A DNA stretch of 64,000 bases from Candidatus Omnitrophota bacterium. GTDB lineage: Bacteria; Omnitrophota; Gorgyraeia; Zapsychrales; Zapsychraceae. Location of the stretch: positions 324,876-388,875 of the forward strand of contig JAJDCB010000030.1 in the NCBI GenBank assembly GCA_029261065.1. Reading direction: 5' to 3'. Of this stretch, positions 36,229 to 44,271 are shown piece after piece. The notes beneath the pieces were generated by a model that saw only the letters and a program-made list of their open reading frames with translations, did not search any database and had not been told where the DNA came from. The position numbers and the translations under genes are program-made. Each line of letters starts with the position of its first letter. The stretch's first letter is position 1.

Positions 36229-38155
36229 GTTATATAGAGAAGAATCGATATGGAATAAAAAAGGCGTGATGATGTTGCTGCTTTTGGGTGTTGCTTTGTG
36301 GGTGTTAACGCCGCGTTTTTATGAACCGACTGGAGAGAGCTGGAGATCATGGGCTGCGGCAAGAATATTAACTGAGACGGGCGGGTTTCCTGTTTTTTCA
36401 ATGGGGCCTCTCTATGTTTTTTTCTTACAGTTTTTTAGGTTGTTTGAGTATCCATTCTCGATGATGAGTGAATTTTTGATTATGCATTTTTTGACATACA
36501 TAGCTATTTTTTTAATGTTGCGATGTGTTTTATCGGATGTATGGAGTTTTATCTTAACATGTGCTTGGATTCCGGCATTAACGATTGTTGAGCCAGGTGG
36601 GATGATTCCCGCGATTGGTTTGTTGGCTTTATATATTAAAGAAGGGTGGAAGCAAAAGAATGTAGAGGAGTTGATGCCTTTAACATTGTTTGTTGCTACG
36701 TTATGCCATAATGCGTTTTTACCATTTTTAGCAGGACATATGATTGGAGTTATCTTTAAAAGAATTAAAGAAAAGACATTGGTCTTGAAATTGCCATGGA
36801 TGCCGTTTAAGTCATGTGGAGTTAAGTTTATCCTTAAGAGTTTATTGTTTTGTTTATTGTTATGCACTTTGCTTATGCCATCTAAACGCATTGATCATAA
36901 TCATATGCTCATTGATCCAAAGTATGCGCCTGTTTCTATAGAGAAAGGAATGACAACAGCTTTTTTTATGATTGGAAACTGGAAATACATTTATCGCACT
37001 ATGCCTGAAGATAGCTGGAGTAAGCAAGATTGGTATTTATCGAATGATGAAGCTTTTGGGGGCGCCCAATCTGTTTTAGAGGCTTTTATTAAGGCCCCTC
37101 AAACGGCGATCAACAATATTTTTGAGAACGTTGGAGCTATTGCACATGTACCAGCTCTTTTTGTTGTTGGGAATGTATCCAATCCTCTTGTTGTGCTAGC
37201 CGTTGTTCTTTTTTCAATAGGGTGTATGGAAGTTTTCATAACGTATGGTTACTTGGGCAGATGGCCGCATTTATTTGCCGTTACTCTTGGAACGATCGGA
37301 GTTATCGGGGCGTTGCTCTTAACATGGTTTAGTCAGCGGTATCTGCTGGCGTTATTACCTATTGGATTACTTATGGTGACCCATATAGGACGGGGTTTAT
37401 GTCGTTTGATAAAAACGTGTACGCTAAAAGAGCAAAGTTCTTGTTCTCGTCCATGGCTGATGGTAGTAGTTGTTGTTTGTATAGTATTAGGTGTTGTTTT
37501 TAATGAGTGGGTTATTGCTTCTCTTTTTCATAAAACATTATCGGTTACATCTCGTTTACAAATATGGTCATTGGATATGTTTTTAATCATGTCTGGATGT
37601 CTTTTCTTCATTTTTAAAAAATATTCTATTTCTCTTTTATCTCAGGAAGATATAGGTGAAAGTTATCTGATGACGCATTTGATTATTGGTGTTAGTGTCG
37701 TCACGGTATTTCTTACAGTTTTTCCTTATCCAAAAGGAATTAAGCATCAGATGATTGCTGTTTTCAATCAAAAGGGAATGTTGAGGGATATGAAGTATCA
37801 AAGTATGGTGAGTGCGCGACAAGCTTTATTAAAGCATACAAAAAACACGGATCGTATTTTGGCGTTAGAAGCAAATTGGATTAAGGCCTTTATGCCTGTC
37901 GAGTTAGGTAGTGTTTCTCATATTCACAGCTTGCCGCCTTTTAAGGATGCTCAAGAGGAAGTCGATAATTTCTTTTCTAAGATTAACGTTGTATGGGTTA
38001 ATCCCTTGTGGGCTGATTATAACAAAGAAGTATCGACAACGAATTTGCGATATCGTTTACATGTAGAGCCCTTTTTGAAGAAGGCGTTGCAGAACGGTTG
38101 GGAAGTAACGGAAATTGATGGGTTTTGGAAAATATATCGTCGAAGTAACAGTTAA
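36215..38155 (+). CDS. Polytopic membrane protein (possible GT-C transferase or ligase)
   Basis: About 12 hydrophobic segments, large loops, an RY motif; located in the glycan locus. Confidence 0.5.
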   Translation: MQISELYREESIWNKKGVMMLLLLGVALWVLTPRFYEPTGESWRSWAAARILTETGGFPVFSMGPLYVFFLQFFRLFEYPFSMMSEFLIMHFLTYIAIFLMLRCVLSDVWSFILTCAWIPALTIVEPGGMIPAIGLLALYIKEGWKQKNVEELMPLTLFVATLCHNAFLPFLAGHMIGVIFKRIKEKTLVLKLPWMPFKSCGVKFILKSLLFCLLLCTLLMPSKRIDHNHMLIDPKYAPVSIEKGMTTAFFMIGNWKYIYRTMPEDSWSKQDWYLSNDEAFGGAQSVLEAFIKAPQTAINNIFENVGAIAHVPALFVVGNVSNPLVVLAVVLFSIGCMEVFITYGYLGRWPHLFAVTLGTIGVIGALLLTWFSQRYLLALLPIGLLMVTHIGRGLCRLIKTCTLKEQSSCSRPWLMVVVVVCIVLGVVFNEWVIASLFHKTLSVTSRLQIWSLDMFLIMSGCLFFIFKKYSISLLSQEDIGESYLMTHLIIGVSVVTVFLTVFPYPKGIKHQMIAVFNQKGMLRDMKYQSMVSARQALLKHTKNTDRILALEANWIKAFMPVELGSVSHIHSLPPFKDAQEEVDNFFSKINVVWVNPLWADYNKEVSTTNLRYRLHVEPFLKKALQNGWEVTEIDGFWKIYRRSNS

Positions 38156-38174
38156 AATAAATTAGGATATTAAT

Positions 38175-38960
38175 ATGAAAATAGTTATTTTATGTGGAGG
38201 GAAGGGCACGCGCATCCGCGACGTTTCCGAAGTATTACCTAAACCCATGTTGCCTGTGGGCAATCGCCCTGTTTTATGGCACATCATGAAAATTTATTCT
38301 CATTATGGGTTTAATGATTTTGTGTTGTGCTTAGGGTATAAGGGTTGGACGATTAAGGAATTTTTTCTTAATTATCAAGCTATGATTAGTGATATCACGA
38401 TTGATTTAGGTGATAAAAATTCTGTGACGTTTCATGATAAGGTTGATGAATCGAGTTGGAAGGTGACACTTGTCGATACAGGCGAAGAAACCCAAACAGC
38501 TGGACGAATTTGGGGTGCGAAAGAGTATCTTAAAGATTGTGATACGTTTGGCATTACTTATGGTGATGGTGTGGCTGATGTGAATGTCGCAGAGTTATTA
38601 AAGCAACATAAAGATTCTGGGTTGTTAGGAACGATTACAGGTGTGCAACCGTTAGGGCGTTTTGGTGAAATTCAGTTGGAAGATAATGTTATCCGTGAAT
38701 TTAATGAAAAGCCAAATGTAAGTGCTGGACTCATTAATGGAGGTTTTATGGTCTTTGAACAAGAAGTGTTGGATAAATATTTCACTTCAAATAAAACACA
38801 TTCGTTAGAGCAACATGTGATCCCAAAAATTGTCAAAGATCGACAAGTAGGGATTTATAAACATAAGGGCGCGTGGCAGTGTATTGATACGCCGCGAGAA
38901 TATAATATGTTAAATCAATTTTGGTCGGAAGACCAAGCGTTTTGGAAGGTATGGAAATGA
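38175..38960 (+). CDS. rfbF: Glucose-1-phosphate cytidylyltransferase
   Basis: LCGGKGTR..PKPM, LGYKG, VDTG..T.GR, TYGDG and WQCIDT.R motifs. Confidence 0.88.
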   Translation: MKIVILCGGKGTRIRDVSEVLPKPMLPVGNRPVLWHIMKIYSHYGFNDFVLCLGYKGWTIKEFFLNYQAMISDITIDLGDKNSVTFHDKVDESSWKVTLVDTGEETQTAGRIWGAKEYLKDCDTFGITYGDGVADVNVAELLKQHKDSGLLGTITGVQPLGRFGEIQLEDNVIREFNEKPNVSAGLINGGFMVFEQEVLDKYFTSNKTHSLEQHVIPKIVKDRQVGIYKHKGAWQCIDTPREYNMLNQFWSEDQAFWKVWK

Positions 38961-39961
38961 GTATAAATCAAGATTATTGGAACAAGCGTCGTGTTTTAAT
39001 CACGGGGCATGAAGGGTTTTTAGGGGCATGGTTAACAAAGGTGCTTGTTGGGTGCGGCTCTGAAGTTGTTGGTCTTGATAAAGTTATTGATAGAGAGAAT
39101 ACAGTTCTTCATGAAGTGAGCGGCAAATTTGAAGGTATTGAAGGTAACATTGCGGATTTTAACCTTGTGAAAAAAATCATGGATGATTTTAAACCTCAAA
39201 CCATTCTTCATATCGCAGCTGAGGCTATCGTTGGAGTGGCTAACAAAAATCCTATTGCAACATTTGAATCCAATATTCAAGGAACCTGGAATATTTTAGA
39301 GGCGGCACGTGATAATAAAGAGCTTGAAGGTATCGTTGCTGCCTCAAGTGATAAAGCTTACGGGTCACATGAGAACCTTCCCTATACAGAAGACATCGCT
39401 CTTCATGGGGATCATCCTTATGATGTGTCAAAAAGTTGTTCGGATTTGTTGTGTCGATCCTATTTTTTAACGTTTAAGGTTCCTGTCTGTGTCACACGTT
39501 GCGGTAATATTTATGGACCAGGTGATCATAATTTCTCACGCCTTATTCCAGATGCGGTTTGTTGTGCCTTAAAAGAAGAGCAATTTATCATTCGTAGTGA
39601 TGGGGAATTTACTCGTGATTATATTTATGTGGAAGATGTCGTCAACGCTTATTTAACGTTAGCTGAGAAGATGAAAGTTTTGAAACTAGAGGGAGAGGCC
39701 TTTAATTTTAGTAATGACAGACCTTTAAGTGTTCTTGATGTTTTTAAACGTATTTCGAGTAATGTGAATAAAAAAAATGTGGAACCCCGTATTTTAAATG
39801 AAGCGCAATTTGAAATTAAGCATCAGTACTTATCATCGCAAAAGGCGAAGGACATTCTTAGTTGGGAATCTCAATTTTCTATAGATGAGGGGTTAAAGGA
39901 TACCATTTCTTGGTATGCAACAAATGTTTTAGATGTTAAAGAAGCATCTTCAAATCGGTAA
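38957..39961 (+). CDS. rfbG: CDP-glucose 4,6-dehydratase-like protein
   Basis: W....VLITGH.GF.G.W, SSDKAY, PY..SK and R.GNIYG.GD motifs. Confidence 0.72.
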   Translation: MSINQDYWNKRRVLITGHEGFLGAWLTKVLVGCGSEVVGLDKVIDRENTVLHEVSGKFEGIEGNIADFNLVKKIMDDFKPQTILHIAAEAIVGVANKNPIATFESNIQGTWNILEAARDNKELEGIVAASSDKAYGSHENLPYTEDIALHGDHPYDVSKSCSDLLCRSYFLTFKVPVCVTRCGNIYGPGDHNFSRLIPDAVCCALKEEQFIIRSDGEFTRDYIYVEDVVNAYLTLAEKMKVLKLEGEAFNFSNDRPLSVLDVFKRISSNVNKKNVEPRILNEAQFEIKHQYLSSQKAKDILSWESQFSIDEGLKDTISWYATNVLDVKEASSNR

Positions 39962-39978
39962 GCTTAGATAAAGGATAT

Positions 39979-41766
39979 ATGTTGAAATTCGTTAAATTAA
40001 AAAATTATAAAGAGGTCTTATGGTTTTTCTTTAAACCTTATAAGTTCCAAAGTATGGGTGTTTTTTGTCTGATGGCATTGGCGGGAGCTCTTGAGGCATT
40101 TAATTTGCTTGCGATCTATCCTATTATTAATTATGGCTTGGCATTGGAAAATCAAAGTCGGGCGCTTCAATTTTTGGATTCTCTTGTTGTAAGTTTAGGT
40201 GATGACAATTTATTTTTGTCGGCCTGTGTATTGCTGTTAATTGCATCTTTCTTGGCGGTTCTGGCAAAGGTTGCGTATCATGTGTTCTCTAATTTGCTTA
40301 TTAAAAATATTGTAGGTGATCATCAAAAGAAGATTTTTCAGAAATTCTTAAATGCTGAATATAAATATTTTGTTAGAAGCCAACAAGGTAAATTGATTTA
40401 TGCTGGAACGACCGCCACGACACGTATGGCCAACAATATTGTTTATACGTTAAGGTTGGTTAATAGTTTGATAACCTGTACTTTTTATGCAGTCATGTTA
40501 ACGGTGTTAGCATGGCAGGGTATGATTCTTATTACTTTTATTGGTATACTTTACATGGTTTTTACAAAGGTTATTCTTCAAAAGGTTATTAATCGTTACG
40601 CACATCTTAATGTTGAAGAGGAGAGAAAGAAGAATGTCATTTTAAATGAATTTATTACAGGCATTAAACCGATTAAAGCCTTTAATAATAATCGATATTG
40701 GCAAGGAAGATATGATCAAACAGTTGAGCGTAGTGTGATGTTTAATTTTAAGGTTCTTATAGGACACATTATGCCGGATATCTTTTTAAAATTTACATTT
40801 TTTGTAACTTTTGCATTGATTGGTATTTTTATGCATATGCGTTTGTCAGGTCAAATTTTACCTGTATTACCTTTATTAGCTACCTTTACCATGGTGGCTA
40901 GTCGATTATTTCCTTATGTGGGGTTAATCGGATTTGATATTATGGCGATTGCGCGTGTTATGCCAGATACAAAAATTGTTTATGACCTTCTGAATAAAGA
41001 TATTGAAGATCATCGTGATGGGACGTTGGTGGCAGATACATTTCGTGATTGTGTCAGATTAAATAACGTATTTTTTAGATATAAAGGAATGGATGAGGAT
41101 TTGTTAAAAGGTGTTTCGTTGAGTATCAAAAAGGGAGAAATGACGGCCATTGTTGGGCATTCGGGTTCAGGGAAATCGACTCTTGTGAGTCTTCTTTTAA
41201 AATTATATGACGTTGATAAGGGGAATATTACGGTGGATGGCATTGATCTTAAAACGTTAAGTAAGAAATCATATTTAACTCAGATTGGTTATGTCAGTCA
41301 GGAAATTTTCTTATTTAATGGAACGATTAAAGATAATATTCGCTTTGGAGATCAAGAATCAACAGATGAAGATATTATTCAAGCGGCACAATTAGCGAAT
41401 GCGCATGAGTTTATTATAGATACAGAGAATGGATATGACTCACTTGTGGGGGATGCAGGAGTTAAATTATCGGGTGGACAAAGACAGCGTATTGCAATTG
41501 CGCGCGCGATGTTACGCCAACCAAAAATAATTATTTTAGATGAAGCGACAAGTTCGCTTGATAATATTTCTGAAAAAGCGGTGCAAGAAGCCATATTTAA
41601 AGTATCACAAAGGACAACGGTCGTTGTGATTGCGCATCGGCTTTCGACGGTTCAAAAGGCGGATAAGATTATTGTGTTTGAGAATGGTGAGGTGCAGGAA
41701 GAAGGAAAGCATGATGAGTTATTGGCGGGGAAGAATCGTTATTTTGAGTTGTATACGGCAAGTTAG
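39979..41766 (+). CDS. ABC transporter, fused TM + ATPase (MsbA/PglK-like flippase)
   Basis: N-terminal TM domain; GHSGSGKST, LSGGQRQR, LDEATS and IAHRLST motifs. Confidence 0.88.
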   Translation: MLKFVKLKNYKEVLWFFFKPYKFQSMGVFCLMALAGALEAFNLLAIYPIINYGLALENQSRALQFLDSLVVSLGDDNLFLSACVLLLIASFLAVLAKVAYHVFSNLLIKNIVGDHQKKIFQKFLNAEYKYFVRSQQGKLIYAGTTATTRMANNIVYTLRLVNSLITCTFYAVMLTVLAWQGMILITFIGILYMVFTKVILQKVINRYAHLNVEEERKKNVILNEFITGIKPIKAFNNNRYWQGRYDQTVERSVMFNFKVLIGHIMPDIFLKFTFFVTFALIGIFMHMRLSGQILPVLPLLATFTMVASRLFPYVGLIGFDIMAIARVMPDTKIVYDLLNKDIEDHRDGTLVADTFRDCVRLNNVFFRYKGMDEDLLKGVSLSIKKGEMTAIVGHSGSGKSTLVSLLLKLYDVDKGNITVDGIDLKTLSKKSYLTQIGYVSQEIFLFNGTIKDNIRFGDQESTDEDIIQAAQLANAHEFIIDTENGYDSLVGDAGVKLSGGQRQRIAIARAMLRQPKIIILDEATSSLDNISEKAVQEAIFKVSQRTTVVVIAHRLSTVQKADKIIVFENGEVQEEGKHDELLAGKNRYFELYTAS

Positions 41767-41791
41767 GGAAGAGGATTTATGCATACAATGT

Positions 41792-41961
41792 GCAAGAATA
41801 ACCAAGTTTATTCTGTTGTTTGATTTTTCTCATTTTGTTTCTTGATTATTTTTTGCCAGGCATCCAGAGATGCCGGTCCCAACCAAAGGTTGGGATATCT
41901 TGCCCCGCTTTTGGCGGGGTCACGCCGAAGGCGGGATACCTTGTACCTTGGTTATTCCAGC
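41792..41961. mobile_element. MITE-like fold-back element, copy 3, carrying two twin-hairpin inserts
   Basis: GCAAGAATAACCAAG ... CTTGGTTATTC ends; inserts at 41856-41895 and 41903-41936. Confidence 0.75.
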
Positions 41962-41999
41962 GCGGTTAATTTAATTAATGATTACCATAAGGACATATT

Positions 42000-42974
42000 A
42001 TGAAAAACATTTTAATCACCGGCTCAGGCGGTTTCATCGGTTCCCATCTTACAGAAGAATGCGTTAAGCGCGGATTTAAAGTGCGAGCATTTTTGCATTA
42101 TAATTCATCTAGTTCTCGAGGATGGCTTGAGGATTCGGTTTATAAAAATGATATTGAATTTATTTCAGGTGACGTTCGGGATTATGATGCGGTTTCAAGT
42201 GCGATAAAGGGGTGTGATGGTGTTTTTCATCTCGCAGCCCTTGTGGGTATTCCTTATTCTTACGTGTCCCCACTAGCCTACATCCGAACAAATGTTGAGG
42301 GCACGTACAATGTTTTACAATCTTCTCGTGAATATAATGTGAAAAATTGTTTGGTCACATCAACAAGCGAGACGTACGGTACGGCTCAACATGTTCCGAT
42401 TGATGAAAAACATCCACGTAATGCTCAATCGCCTTATGCGGCGAGTAAGGTTGCTGCCGATCAATTGGCGTTAAGTTATTATCGTTCGTTTGATTTACCT
42501 GTCAAAATTGTGCGCCCCTTTAACACGTTTGGCCCACGACAATCCGCAAGAGCCATTATTCCAACGGCTATTTGTCAAATGCTTAAAGGGCAGATGGAGC
42601 TTAAGTTTGGAAATTTATCGCCGACACGGGATTTTACGTTTGTTAAAGATACGGTTGCTGGCATGATTGCTATTGCCCAGTGTGAAAAGCTTAACGGAGA
42701 GGAAGTGAATATCGGTATGAATCAAGAAATTTCCATTGGAGATTTAATCCAAAAGATTGCAAAACTCATAAACACCTCAAGCAAAATAAAACAAGATCAA
42801 TCGCGCGTAAGACCTGAGGCGAGCGAAGTTCAGCGATTACTTTGTGATAATACAAAAATTTTTAAAGAAACAAATTGGAAGCCCCAATACACTTTGGAAA
42901 AAGGGTTAACAGAAACGATAGACTCTATCGCCAAGAGTTTACATCTTTATAAACCGGAATTATACAATGTCTAA
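42000..42974 (+). CDS. legB: NDP-GlcNAc 4,6-dehydratase (LegB-like)
   Basis: HLAAL.GIPYSY.SP, TSTSETYG, QSPYAASK and RPFNTFGPRQSARAIIPT motifs. Confidence 0.8.
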   Translation: MKNILITGSGGFIGSHLTEECVKRGFKVRAFLHYNSSSSRGWLEDSVYKNDIEFISGDVRDYDAVSSAIKGCDGVFHLAALVGIPYSYVSPLAYIRTNVEGTYNVLQSSREYNVKNCLVTSTSETYGTAQHVPIDEKHPRNAQSPYAASKVAADQLALSYYRSFDLPVKIVRPFNTFGPRQSARAIIPTAICQMLKGQMELKFGNLSPTRDFTFVKDTVAGMIAIAQCEKLNGEEVNIGMNQEISIGDLIQKIAKLINTSSKIKQDQSRVRPEASEVQRLLCDNTKIFKETNWKPQYTLEKGLTETIDSIAKSLHLYKPELYNV

Positions 42975-44160
42975 AGTCATACCACTATCCGAACCATCCT
43001 TAAATGGGCGCGAATGGGACAATATTAAAGAGTGTCTTGATACGGGTTGGGTTTCAACAGCGGGGAAGTTTGTTGATCGATTTGAAGAAGGTATTGCGCA
43101 ATATACACATTCTAAGTTTGCTATTGCGACAAGCAGTGGGACGGCGGCTTTGCATGTCTCTTTGTTGCTAGCAGGTGTTATGCCAGATGATGAAGTTATT
43201 GTTCCAACACTTACATTTATAGCACCCATTAATACGGTTCGATATGTTCAGGCACATCCAGTCTTTATGGATTGTGATTCCTATTTTAATTTGGATGTAG
43301 AGAAGGTTCGAAATTTTATTTTAAAGGAAACAGAATTTAAAGGTGGTGTGAGTCGAAATAAGACCTCACAAAGAGTCATTCGAGCTATTATTCCTGTCCA
43401 CATGTTTGGACATGCCGTGGATTTAGAATCATTAACAGGTCTTTTAGAAGAACGGAATATTAAGATCATTGAAGATGCGACGGAAAGTTTGGGGGCGAGT
43501 TACACTCAAGGCAAATTAAAGGGAAGAGCAACAGGGACCGTTGGCCAATTGGGATGTTTTTCTTTTAATGGCAATAAAATTATTACCACAGGTGGCGGTG
43601 GGATGATTGTTACGGATGATGAACAGCTAGCTTTAAAAGCTAAATATTTAACAACACAAGCCAAAGATGATGGGATTCGAAATATTCATCATGAGGTCGG
43701 TTACAATTTTCGACTCAATAATATTCAAGCGGCAATGGGTGTAGCTCAGTTGGAGTCGCTACCAGAAATTATTGCAAAGAAGAAGAATAATTACATGCTT
43801 TATAAAAGTAAATTACAAGATGTTGCCGGCATCAACTTAGTTAATACTCCTGATTATGCCGAATCAAACTATTGGATGTATGCCATCAATATATGTAAGG
43901 AAACATTCGGTCAAAGCTGTGAGAATGTTATGAATGTGTTGTTAAGTCATGACGTTGGGGTGAGACCTTTATTTTATCTCAATCATTTACAAAAGCCGTA
44001 TGCTGATTGTCAATCATATAACGTTGAATTGGCGAAGCAATTATTAGAAATAACACTGTGTGTGCCAAGCAGTGCAGACTTAAAGGAAGAAGATATTGAT
44101 TTTATTATTGGTTTAATCAAAGGTATGAGCCAGAGAGTAAGTTCTGGTCTAGTTAACTAG
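42967..44160 (+). CDS. legC: LegC-family aminotransferase
   Basis: GWVSTAGKFV, EDATESLG, SFNGNKIITTGGGG and LTTQAK motifs. Confidence 0.82.
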   Translation: MSKVIPLSEPSLNGREWDNIKECLDTGWVSTAGKFVDRFEEGIAQYTHSKFAIATSSGTAALHVSLLLAGVMPDDEVIVPTLTFIAPINTVRYVQAHPVFMDCDSYFNLDVEKVRNFILKETEFKGGVSRNKTSQRVIRAIIPVHMFGHAVDLESLTGLLEERNIKIIEDATESLGASYTQGKLKGRATGTVGQLGCFSFNGNKIITTGGGGMIVTDDEQLALKAKYLTTQAKDDGIRNIHHEVGYNFRLNNIQAAMGVAQLESLPEIIAKKKNNYMLYKSKLQDVAGINLVNTPDYAESNYWMYAINICKETFGQSCENVMNVLLSHDVGVRPLFYLNHLQKPYADCQSYNVELAKQLLEITLCVPSSADLKEEDIDFIIGLIKGMSQRVSSGLVN

Positions 44161-44165
44161 GGTAT

Positions 44166-44250
44166 TTGACCTAGTCCCCGCCGTTGGCGGGGTCAATTCG
44201 TACTTCTAATTTATGCTTCCTTTGGTCGCATAAATTAAGTTCTCATTGAA
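44166..44250. repeat. Hairpin pair including a half copy of the twin-hairpin module
   Basis: CCCCGCCGTTGGCGGGGTC (44176-44194) is identical to the reverse complement of 15367-15385; a second stem TAATTTATGC/GCATAAATTA follows. Confidence 0.65.
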
Positions 44251-44271
44251 ATAAGGAGAAATGAAGAAATT

